This document shows, one piece after another, positions 9,038 to 17,006 of a stretch of DNA of 64,000 bases. The stretch spans positions 6,668 to 70,667 of the forward strand of contig JAFGUF010000014.1 of assembly GCA_016938675.1 (NCBI GenBank), read 5' to 3'. Numbering within the stretch: the stretch's first letter is position 1; the number at the start of each line of letters is the position of its first letter. This stretch comes from Clostridia bacterium (lineage in GTDB: Bacteria > Bacillota > Clostridia > Christensenellales > UMGS416). Under the pieces are notes generated by a model. That model did no database searches and was not told the DNA's origin. It saw only the letters and a program-made list of their open reading frames with translations. The position numbers and the translations under genes are program-made.

Positions 9038-9129
9038 TATTGTTGCTGCGTTATAGTAAAATATCGATAATAAAAATAATGAAATAGATGTGCTTATCAT
9101 TTCGTTTGTAGAATTACTTTTAGTGAAAA

Positions 9130-9420
9130 TGCTCTGCTCTTCATATCAAAGTTAACGATGCCACCCAGAGGCTTCACTGCCAGCGTAATGCTCTTTGTGC
9201 CTATTCCTCCGTGTTGGCTGTAAACCGGCAGCTCAGCCTTGAGAGGATTAATATTAAGCAGAATCCTTATACACGCGGATATATAAGCATCAGGCGGCCT
9301 CTTTTCACTGTATCCTATGTGCGTATCTCCATACCCTTAATGAGCGGCATGCAAATATCCAGAATGATGATGCATCGCTTTCCGGTGCGCACTGAATCAA
9401 GCAAGTCCGTGCCTTTTTAT
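9130..9420 (-). pseudogene. possible degraded response-regulator receiver domain
   Basis: Own translation gives KGTDLLDSVRTGKRCIIILDICMPLIKGMEIRT*DTVKRGRLMLIYPRV*...FTANTEE*AQRALRWQ*. The ...IILDI.MP...G.E motif is receiver-like, and there are at least 4 in-frame stops. Confidence 0.3.
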
Positions 9421-9557
9421 ATATTGTTAAAAAAACTTCAAAATTGCTTTCAAAGTATTGAATATTGCTTCTTATGATGATAGAATAATTTGAAATGCAA
9501 TTGTATTAAATAAGTAAAACAATCCAACAATTACTATATATAAAGAGGCAGCCATAT

Positions 9558-10325
9558 ATGACAGTATCAGCCAACGATTACATCCATCCGCAGGACAAAG
9601 CAGCTCTGGACAATTTCAAATCCATACCATTTTTCACAACGTTACTAAAATCCTTCATGAGTTTCTTCAGTGAGCAGATGCTTCACGGAGTAAGCATGGC
9701 GCAAAAAATCAGGCTTTCTGATAAACAGCTTCCGGAGATTTATAATCTCCTGCCGCCAATAGTATCAGCTCTTAACATTAAGGAGCCCGAATTCTACCTT
9801 GAGATGTCCCCTATTCCCAATGCATATACGCAAGGGTCTACTACCACATTTCTTACGGTGACCTCGGGGCTGCTTGAGTACCTGGACGAAAATGAGCTGC
9901 GCACAGTTTTAGCCCACGAATGCGGACATATTGCCTGCAACCATGTGCTATACCACACGATGGCGATGTACATTTTCAATTACGGCGTGGTCAACATGGG
10001 CATACTCTCCAATGCGGCATTGCCCCTGCAGATTGCGCTGTATGCGTGGATGAGGAAAAGCGAGCTTTCGGCAGACAGGGCGGCAGCCGTCGCTATGGGC
10101 GGGCCGAATCAGGTAGTGGAGACAATGATCAAGCTCGCAGGAGGGCCGGAATCCATAACTAAGAATATAAATATTGAAGAATACATAAAGCAGGCGGATG
10201 CCTATGACAAGATAAAGACCGGGTCTTCACAGGACAAATTCCTGCAGTTTCTTGCCAAGACATCCGAAGACCACCCGTTCTACGCCGAGAGGACAAGGGA
10301 AATACTCGAATGGTGCAAAACTTAG
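9558..10325 (+). CDS. M48-family zinc metallopeptidase (soluble, HtpX/Ste24-like fold)
   Basis: HECGH at 9915..9929 plus a downstream SELSADRAA glutamate ligand motif. 255 aa. Confidence 0.75.
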   Translation: MTVSANDYIHPQDKAALDNFKSIPFFTTLLKSFMSFFSEQMLHGVSMAQKIRLSDKQLPEIYNLLPPIVSALNIKEPEFYLEMSPIPNAYTQGSTTTFLTVTSGLLEYLDENELRTVLAHECGHIACNHVLYHTMAMYIFNYGVVNMGILSNAALPLQIALYAWMRKSELSADRAAAVAMGGPNQVVETMIKLAGGPESITKNINIEEYIKQADAYDKIKTGSSQDKFLQFLAKTSEDHPFYAERTREILEWCKT

Positions 10326-10346
10326 CAGTACAGTAGAATTATCAAC

Positions 10347-10439
10347 ATGCCGCTGACAAAAGGCAATACCTGCCCGCATTGCGGCGGCGCACTGAAAGAT
10401 GACTGGAAATTCTGCCTTTCATGCGGCAGCAAACTGTAG
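10347..10439 (+). CDS. 30-aa zinc-ribbon mini-protein
   Basis: Below the ORF-track cutoff. Own translation gives MPLTKGNTCPHCGGALKDDWKFCLSCGSKL*, with two CxxC pairs. It lies 21 nt after the M48 stop and 9 nt before the next start. Confidence 0.5.
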   Translation: MPLTKGNTCPHCGGALKDDWKFCLSCGSKL

Positions 10440-10448
10440 GAGGATAAG

Positions 10449-10724
10449 ATGATAAAAAGTTTTTTTGATGAAGCAACAGGCGTGTTCAACATAGACGAAC
10501 ATATAATGGGCAGAGAAAGCTTCAAAAAAATATTAGACGACGGCAAAATAACAAGCGATGAAGTGAAAAATCAGAGCGAGCTGGTGATACAATATATAAA
10601 AAAGCTCGACAGCAAGCTCGACGATGCGGAAAAGGCCATGGTAACTGATACAATCTGCGAACTGCTGATATTATATAGCCTGTCGCAGAAAAATATCATA
10701 GACGAGTTTGAAAGGGGGTTTTAG
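10449..10724 (+). CDS. hypothetical helical protein (91 aa)
   Basis: ORF with AGGAGG 6 nt upstream. Its stop abuts the next ATG (TAGATG). Confidence 0.6.
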   Translation: MIKSFFDEATGVFNIDEHIMGRESFKKILDDGKITSDEVKNQSELVIQYIKKLDSKLDDAEKAMVTDTICELLILYSLSQKNIIDEFERGF

Positions 10725-11234
10725 ATGAGCGCGTTTTCAACAACAAAAAGTTTCCCCAATTCAGTAGAAACAGGATTGATAGTAGACGGCCTTAAGAGAC
10801 ATTTTCAGTCGCAGGGATACGAAGTTACAGCAGAGCCTATGTCCGCTGGCGGGTGGTACGTCAGCCTGAGCAAGGGCGGCACCTTTAAGTCAGTGCTAGG
10901 GCTTAAAACATCATTGAATGTAGAATTAATCAGCTACAATGATGCCCTGACAGCAACAGCCAAAGTGGGCATATTCGGTCAGCAGCTCCTGCCTTCCATC
11001 ATCACGTATTTCGTTGCATGGCCTGTAATAATCACTCAGATATGGGGCCTTGTCCAGCAGTCCAAGCTGGATGATGAGGTGATGGACTGCATCGAAAGAA
11101 CAATTAGCGAGCATAAAAGCGTGAAGCCCTCAGTATCCGTTGAAGAGGGTGCAGTCTTTTGCACGCAGTGCGGATACAAAATAAACAGCGAATTCGATTT
11201 CTGCCCCAAATGCGGAACTAAAAAAGCTATATAA
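10725..11234 (+). CDS. hypothetical protein with one hydrophobic helix and a C-terminal zinc ribbon (169 aa)
   Basis: The C-terminus is CTQCGYKINSEFDFCPKCG, with a hydrophobic segment LLPSIITYFVAWPVIITQIWGLV. It is translationally coupled to the upstream ORF. Confidence 0.6.
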   Translation: MSAFSTTKSFPNSVETGLIVDGLKRHFQSQGYEVTAEPMSAGGWYVSLSKGGTFKSVLGLKTSLNVELISYNDALTATAKVGIFGQQLLPSIITYFVAWPVIITQIWGLVQQSKLDDEVMDCIERTISEHKSVKPSVSVEEGAVFCTQCGYKINSEFDFCPKCGTKKAI

Positions 11235-11272
11235 AATAATATATATCAATTGAACTAACAGGAGAATTTCAC

Positions 11273-12775
11273 TTGGAGAGCAAAAATTTCAGGTATTATG
11301 CCTTTATAAGCTACGCCCACGAGGACGAAAAATGGGCGGACTGGCTTCAGAAAGAAGTAGAAAACTATAAACTTCCTACAACCATCCACAAAGATTACGC
11401 GAACGCCCTTCCCCAAAAAGTGCAGCCGTTATTCAGGGATATCCCCGACCTCGCGGCTGGCGGCAGGCTGGACAATGTTCTTAAGGAGGAGCTTGAAGAC
11501 TCCAATTACTTGATTATAGTATGCTCGCCAAGCTCTGCCAAATCCGAATGGGTAAACAAAGAAGTACAGCACTTTATTGATATAGGACGGGAAGACCGGA
11601 TAATCCCTTTTATTGTGTCCGGCAAGCCCAACTGCGGCGAAGAAGACAGCGCGCTGGAATGCTATCCACCTGCAATAAGAGGCAGGCATATTTTAGGCGC
11701 TGCAGTAGATGGCATTGCAGATACTGCCAAGCTGTCCGGAAAGCAGAAGAAAGCAGCCAGAAAGCAAAATAGAATCATAAAAGACACAGCCAAGCTGAAA
11801 GTAATCGCCGGGCTATTAAGCGTGAAGCTGGATGTATTAGTCAGGCGGCATGAACAGAAAATAAAGCAGAAGCGCAGGTCACGAGCCGTCGCGGCCATCC
11901 TTTGCGCAGCGGTTATACTATCCGGAGCGCTTTTTGCAGTTGATTATTACGTGCCAAAAGTAAAGTACTACAAAGACTATATAGAGATATATGGAGCAGC
12001 AACAGGCATAGAGGAAATAAACGCCGCGGAGAGAGGAAGCCAGCAGTACAGCTACAGGATAACTGAGGTAAAAAACCACGTAATAAGCGTAGAGCGCGTA
12101 GATGGCAGCGACCAGCTGCTGGCGGATGAACTGCTGGGCTACACATATGATGAGATTGATATGCGCCCTGCAAAAATAGCATACGAGTATGCGGGAAGCA
12201 CGCTGAAATCCGCCCTGTATTATTCATCCACCGATAAGCCGATAGTTGAGTACTCCTACTTTGACGAGAGCACCATATACCTGAAAAGGATAAGCCCGGA
12301 AAGCGACGCTGAATTCGGAGAAAAGTACCAGATGAAATGGTCCTGCGACATGGTGAAGGACATGAGCCTGAGCGAATATGAGGATGCAGTTCTCTCCTAT
12401 GTAACCGGCTTTGAAGTCCAATACGATGTAAAGGGACGCGTTGTAACAAGGCACTACATCAATTCCAACATGGCAAGAGACAACATAGTCAACGACATCC
12501 GCCATGTTGCAGGGGAAAAATATACCTACGATGCAAATGGACGGATTGCCTCCATTAGCTTTATAGACAAGGAAGGCGAGAGCACATTCATATTTGAAAA
12601 CGGGATATCCTCTATCGAGTTTGATTATTCAGATGATACGACAGAAATTGAATACCTTGATATCATGGGTGGCCCCGTAAAAAATGAATACTATAAAATA
12701 AAAATTGATGAAAGCAAGAAGCGGGAAAAGACCATAACTTTCTATAATTATGACGGAGAAACAGCGGGAACATAG
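11273..12775 (+). CDS. TIR-domain protein with a TM helix and extracytoplasmic YD-like repeats; ends at an in-frame TAG
   Basis: N-terminal YAFISYAHEDEKWADWL...IIVCSPSSAKSEWVNKEV reads as TIR_2-like. A K/R-rich segment precedes the TM helix AVAAILCAAVILSGALFAV. Repeats follow, such as GEKYTYDANGRIASISFIDKEGE. TTG start. Confidence 0.75.
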   Translation: MESKNFRYYAFISYAHEDEKWADWLQKEVENYKLPTTIHKDYANALPQKVQPLFRDIPDLAAGGRLDNVLKEELEDSNYLIIVCSPSSAKSEWVNKEVQHFIDIGREDRIIPFIVSGKPNCGEEDSALECYPPAIRGRHILGAAVDGIADTAKLSGKQKKAARKQNRIIKDTAKLKVIAGLLSVKLDVLVRRHEQKIKQKRRSRAVAAILCAAVILSGALFAVDYYVPKVKYYKDYIEIYGAATGIEEINAAERGSQQYSYRITEVKNHVISVERVDGSDQLLADELLGYTYDEIDMRPAKIAYEYAGSTLKSALYYSSTDKPIVEYSYFDESTIYLKRISPESDAEFGEKYQMKWSCDMVKDMSLSEYEDAVLSYVTGFEVQYDVKGRVVTRHYINSNMARDNIVNDIRHVAGEKYTYDANGRIASISFIDKEGESTFIFENGISSIEFDYSDDTTEIEYLDIMGGPVKNEYYKIKIDESKKREKTITFYNYDGETAGT

Positions 12776-12778
12776 TAT

Positions 12779-14290
12779 ATGTTTTTCAGCAAAGACTACC
12801 AGCTTGAAAAGCAGGTGTTCTCCGGGACAATATTCGGCGAAAATAGCTGCAATACTATTTTTTACACATACAGAGATGACAGACTTTCGCAGATTGCTAA
12901 ATACGACGGCGAGTTCACGGGTGACGAAGACCTTGATGAACTATACGGCGACCCGAAAAGGGAATACCCTTCCTTCGAAAGCTATATTTATGAATACGAT
13001 GAGAACGGCAGCAAAGAGATCGTGCTTGTGTATGAATACGGCGAACTGGTGCTTAAAAAAACTATGGAATACTACAGCAACAACTACCTGAAATCTGAGT
13101 ATGATGAAAAGTATGATGAAAGCGGCACACTTGCGGAGTATAAAACAACCTATACATATGAATACGGCGCGATAAAGGAAATCACCAGTGAAAATACCTC
13201 ATCCAAAAGCGGAGAAGGCGCAGACGGATACTCCAAAAAAGAATACAGCTATGACAAGCTGGGCAATCTGACGGGCGTAAAGTACTTGGGCGCAGACGGC
13301 GAGCCCATCAATATTGACGCAGGTTACTCGGAATACATATGCACATACGACCTATTCGGACAGCTGCTTACATCAGAATACTATGACGAAGAAGGCCGCC
13401 CGGCGCAGGGAGAGGGATACATGGCCTATTCCGCTCAAAAGGACAAGAATGACGTAATTATAAATGAGCATTATACAGGATACCTGGAAGGCTCCGATTC
13501 CCTCATAAACAAATACATAGAGTATGATGAGCTGGGGAATGTATTGAGCATAAAATATACCGATGAGTCCGGAAACATGGTGCCAGTAGGCGAAGCATCC
13601 TACTATGAAGCGGTGCGCGAAAACGGCAGGATAACGATGGAGACATATCTCGATTACTATCCAGTAACATTTGAAATACTGCCTTATTTGGTATCTGAAA
13701 GGCTGCCTGAAGTCAAGGTGTATTATGACGACAGCTACAAGATAGAGAGCGTCACGGTGCTGGATGAAGACGGCATCATCATTCTTGAGCAGGCGTACAC
13801 AGACGGGAAAATAAGCACTGCTATAATCAAAAACCATGTTACAGCAATCTACAGCAAATTGATTCCTGTCTGCATAAGGGAATTCAACGAGTACGGAAAA
13901 ATAACATCTGAAACGCTAACAGACGAACAAGGGAACCTTACGCAGGGGGACTACTGCGCTATTCAGGAGAGCATATATGATGGCCGAGTTCTGAAAGAGA
14001 GAATCTACTATTACTACAACTCAAAATACTTTGGGCAGGTAAAAAAATATATTAAAACATACAATGAAGCGGGCTTTATCACCCATGAAAAATATATCGA
14101 CTTCAATGATGAAGTAATCTTTGAATTTGACATTGACAGCGATGTTAACCTGCAGTTTGACGGCAGCTATAAGGAAGGCTCCAAGTCCAGCTTCCTTAGC
14201 TATGACGGCACGCAGTGCACCACAGTCAGCATAAAGATAGTATCAGGCGACGGAGAAGTAATAATCGACGGCAGATACAACTTCAATTAA
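12779..14290 (+). CDS. YD-like repeat protein (503 aa), same frame as the TIR gene, no signal peptide
   Basis: Repeats such as YSYDKLGNLTGVKYLGADGEPI and TYDLFGQLLTSEYYDEEGRP. ATG lies two codons after the TAG of 11273..12775. It ends at a TAA inside a DUF4430-like domain. Confidence 0.6.
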   Translation: MFFSKDYQLEKQVFSGTIFGENSCNTIFYTYRDDRLSQIAKYDGEFTGDEDLDELYGDPKREYPSFESYIYEYDENGSKEIVLVYEYGELVLKKTMEYYSNNYLKSEYDEKYDESGTLAEYKTTYTYEYGAIKEITSENTSSKSGEGADGYSKKEYSYDKLGNLTGVKYLGADGEPINIDAGYSEYICTYDLFGQLLTSEYYDEEGRPAQGEGYMAYSAQKDKNDVIINEHYTGYLEGSDSLINKYIEYDELGNVLSIKYTDESGNMVPVGEASYYEAVRENGRITMETYLDYYPVTFEILPYLVSERLPEVKVYYDDSYKIESVTVLDEDGIIILEQAYTDGKISTAIIKNHVTAIYSKLIPVCIREFNEYGKITSETLTDEQGNLTQGDYCAIQESIYDGRVLKERIYYYYNSKYFGQVKKYIKTYNEAGFITHEKYIDFNDEVIFEFDIDSDVNLQFDGSYKEGSKSSFLSYDGTQCTTVSIKIVSGDGEVIIDGRYNFN

Positions 14291-14521
14291 GATAGCCTCA
14301 CCGCGGCCGATGCGCTGATTGCTGTGCTGGAAGAAAATGATATCACATATGCTTTGAACGGCGACTACCTGAATCACGTTGGCGGCCTCTCAAACGAGCC
14401 GCTGGCAGCATGGAACTACACTGTAAACGGCGAAGAAGGCGATAATTTCATTACAAGATATATTCTTGAGGATGGCGCCCAGCTCGTGCTGACATACCTG
14501 ATTTACTCTGATTATTATTAA
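14291..14521 (+). pseudogene. C-terminal two-thirds of a DUF4430-like domain, in frame after TAA
   Basis: DSLTAADALIAVLEENDITYALNGDYLNHVGGLSNEPLAAWNYTVNGEEGDNFITRYILEDGAQLVLTY. The W.Y.VNG...Y.L.DG motif matches my recollection of DUF4430. There is no own ATG or RBS; the track uses GTG at 14324. Confidence 0.5.
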
Positions 14522-14544
14522 ATTTAATATAAAGGGAGAGAAAC

Positions 14545-15452
14545 ATGAAAAAATATTTACTAACAGGCATTTTTGTCCTGGCGTTGTTTTTAGCTGCCTG
14601 TACCCCGGATTACTCCGACGAGTACAACAGCCTATATGACGACTATGAGAATGCCTACGACGAATGGGAAAACGCGGCAGATGAATACGCCGGAAGCGAC
14701 ATCCCTGAAAATCTGGGCTCAGTTTATGCTATTGATGAGTACGGCGCAGAATTTGAAAACCTATCTGAAAGCTCCGCGGAGTTCTGCATGGACGCAACGG
14801 AGGAGCTTGAAGAATACGCAGAGGGCATAAGCGAAGATGACTACGATGATCTCTACGACGAACTGGACGACTTCGCCTCAGCAGTGGAGGAAAAAACAAC
14901 GAGTTTTTGTTCAGCAAGTATTACGCAATATTGTTCCAGGTGAATAAAGACATTGTCAAGGCAAAAGACAGCCATGCTGGCGAAGGCACAGTAAAGGGGC
15001 TTGAAATGACATGCGATGACCTTGGTAAGCTATATGATTTCATGGTGGAACTCAAGAGCGGCATATCAGCCCTTGCAAAGGATTATGACGCTGGGACAAT
15101 AGAAGACGACTATGAAATGGTGGTTAAAAACCTTAAGGAAGAAAAGGAATATTACGAGATAGCATATGAGTTCTTTGCGATGGAAGAGGAATGGTCCGCC
15201 TCTATGGATGTGCTTGCTCAGGCGGCAAGCGCAAATGACGACAGTTTCTATGACGCAGCTTTTGCAACTATAGAATTAGCCAAGGAAATCGACCCAAAGC
15301 TATATGACCTGAGCGTTCAGGCAACCGAAAAAAGAGACAGCCTGAGCAGCATTAATGCCGAAGCACGGAAGGGAAAATATGACGGCATTATTATGGCCAT
15401 AGAGACACTGATGGCTACAACAAGCGAATTTGCCGCATATGAACTAGAATAG
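14545..15452 (+). pseudogene. acidic lipoprotein split by a frameshift at an A6 run (14891..14896)
   Basis: MKKYLLTGIFVLALFLAAC carries a lipobox. ORFs 14545..14943 and 14907..15452 join as ...FASAVEEK|NNEFLFSKYYAILFQ... with a 1-nt indel. Confidence 0.55.
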
Positions 15453-15488
15453 CAAAATCGCGTATATCCGCAAGTCCATAAAAAACAC

Positions 15489-15521
15489 AAACCACCGGAA
15501 TAGATTTTTACCGGTGGTTTT
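15489..15521. terminator. bidirectional intrinsic terminator between convergent genes
   Basis: aaaccaccgg-aatagattttta-ccggtggttt has a 10-bp stem, flanked by an A-run and a T-run. Confidence 0.6.
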
Positions 15522-15554
15522 CAATGTCTACAAATAGTCTTTTTCTATTTTATG

Positions 15555-16955
15555 CTACTCCACTATTACTTCGCATCCTGCATCCCGCAGCAGGCCTATA
15601 GTTTCGATGTTGTTCTGATACTGAATATTATCTATATGCAGCTCTTCTAAGTTTTCAAAATCAAGAAGAGGGCTAAGGTCGTCAATTGACGAATTAACAA
15701 TATAGAGGTATTCCAGCTGCGTGATCTCAAGCACTTTTTTCGCTTCACTTGAGCCCATTTCTATCACGTACAGCCTTTTAAGGTTCGGCATATCAAGCAG
15801 CGTTGATACGCTCATCAGATTGTGTCCGTCCAGTCCGACATTCTCTGCCTTGTATAGTGCTGCCAGCGGCTCAATATCCTTAATATCGTTGCCAAAGAGC
15901 CATACGGAAATGAGGTTTGTATTGTATGCCAGCGGAGATATATCCTCTATCAAATTGTTCGATAAATCCAGTGTTTCCAGCCTACCTATCTGCGACAACG
16001 GACTTATATCTTTAATGCCTAAGCTTCCTACCCATAGCTCTTTAAGGTTCTGTGCGTACTGCAGCCCTTCCAAAGAATTGATATCATTATTAACTGCAAT
16101 TATGCTGCCGTCATCTGCATCGCTTCCTTTATATTCCTTCTCATATTCCTCTGCTGATACCAAACGCAGCCTCTCAAGATTCAGCATGTCGCCTGCTGTA
16201 ATGCTCCCATTAACGGACTGCCCCTGCATTTCAAGCGTCTGCATTATTGCGCTGCGCAGATAAAAATCAGGTATATTTATAACAGTGTCCGGTGAAATGT
16301 TCGGGTCGATTAAGGCGGTAGGCTCTGGCGTCGGCGCAGATGTGGGCTCTGGCGTCGGCGCAGATGCCGCCTTGTCTGTGGCAACGGGTTCCTGTGATTC
16401 ATCAGGCGAAGCGCCTAAAAGGCTATCCCTGAAAAAATAAAGCGCTGTTCCAAGGGCTGCAGCCGCAAGTATAATAATCAGTATTGTACGCAGTCTGTGC
16501 CTTTTTCTTCTGCCTGAGTTTATTTTAATGTCCTCATTCGGCCTTGCGCCGGATTCCAGTATATCTTGCACAACTCTTGAAAGCTGCTTCAGCTTGCTGT
16601 CACTTTCAGTGCCTATTATTTCTATCCAATGCACCGTTGATAGGTAATATTCCATTTCCCCGGTGGGTTTAATGTCCTCCACTCGTACAGGCACGATGAT
16701 CTTTCCGTTGGATATGGCAAGCTCCACCTCCCTAAGCACCTGGTCGGATACATTAGAATGGGATGAGAAAACAAGGAGCAATACCTTAGCCTTGGGTATA
16801 GCCCCTGCTATTGACTTTGCCCATTTCTCGCCGGGCACTATGTCCCTTGGCGCCATCCAGCATTTAATACTGTCGCTTTCAAGATAATGGCAAATGGCGT
16901 CCCCCAGGTCTTTATCCTTATGCGAGTATGAAATAAATACATCAAAATTGCTCAT
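15555..16955 (-). CDS. TIR-TM-LRR protein (466 aa)
   Basis: The N-terminus reads FDVFISYSHKDKDLGDAICHYLE...LLLVFSSHSNVSDQVLREVELAI (TIR). RRKRHRLR precedes the TM helix TILIIILAAAALGTALYFF. A P/T-rich linker follows, then internalin-like about 22-aa LRRs (L..L.L..N.I.DISPL). Confidence 0.8.
   Translation of the reverse strand: MSNFDVFISYSHKDKDLGDAICHYLESDSIKCWMAPRDIVPGEKWAKSIAGAIPKAKVLLLVFSSHSNVSDQVLREVELAISNGKIIVPVRVEDIKPTGEMEYYLSTVHWIEIIGTESDSKLKQLSRVVQDILESGARPNEDIKINSGRRKRHRLRTILIIILAAAALGTALYFFRDSLLGASPDESQEPVATDKAASAPTPEPTSAPTPEPTALIDPNISPDTVINIPDFYLRSAIMQTLEMQGQSVNGSITAGDMLNLERLRLVSAEEYEKEYKGSDADDGSIIAVNNDINSLEGLQYAQNLKELWVGSLGIKDISPLSQIGRLETLDLSNNLIEDISPLAYNTNLISVWLFGNDIKDIEPLAALYKAENVGLDGHNLMSVSTLLDMPNLKRLYVIEMGSSEAKKVLEITQLEYLYIVNSSIDDLSPLLDFENLEELHIDNIQYQNNIETIGLLRDAGCEVIVE
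16321..16368. repeat. 2 x 24-nt tandem repeat inside the TIR-LRR gene (encodes APTPEPTS APTPEPT linker)
   Basis: ggctctggcgtcggcgcagatgtg / ggctctggcgtcggcgcagatgcc. Confidence 0.9.
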
Positions 16956-17006
16956 AAAGGTACACCTTAATATTATAATATAGAAGCCTCTATTTTATAC
17001 TGCGCG

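Noticed and set aside
12773-12775. TAG read as pyrrolysine
   Set aside because: No pyl genes are in the window. The second interruption is TAA, which Pyl decoding cannot explain, and other genes here terminate normally with TAG. It is left as something to check genome-wide, not claimed.
16321-16368. Direct 24-nt tandem repeat that might be taken for a mini CRISPR or repeat array
   Set aside because: There are only two adjacent copies with no spacers. They lie in frame inside the TIR-LRR gene and encode a P/T-rich linker.
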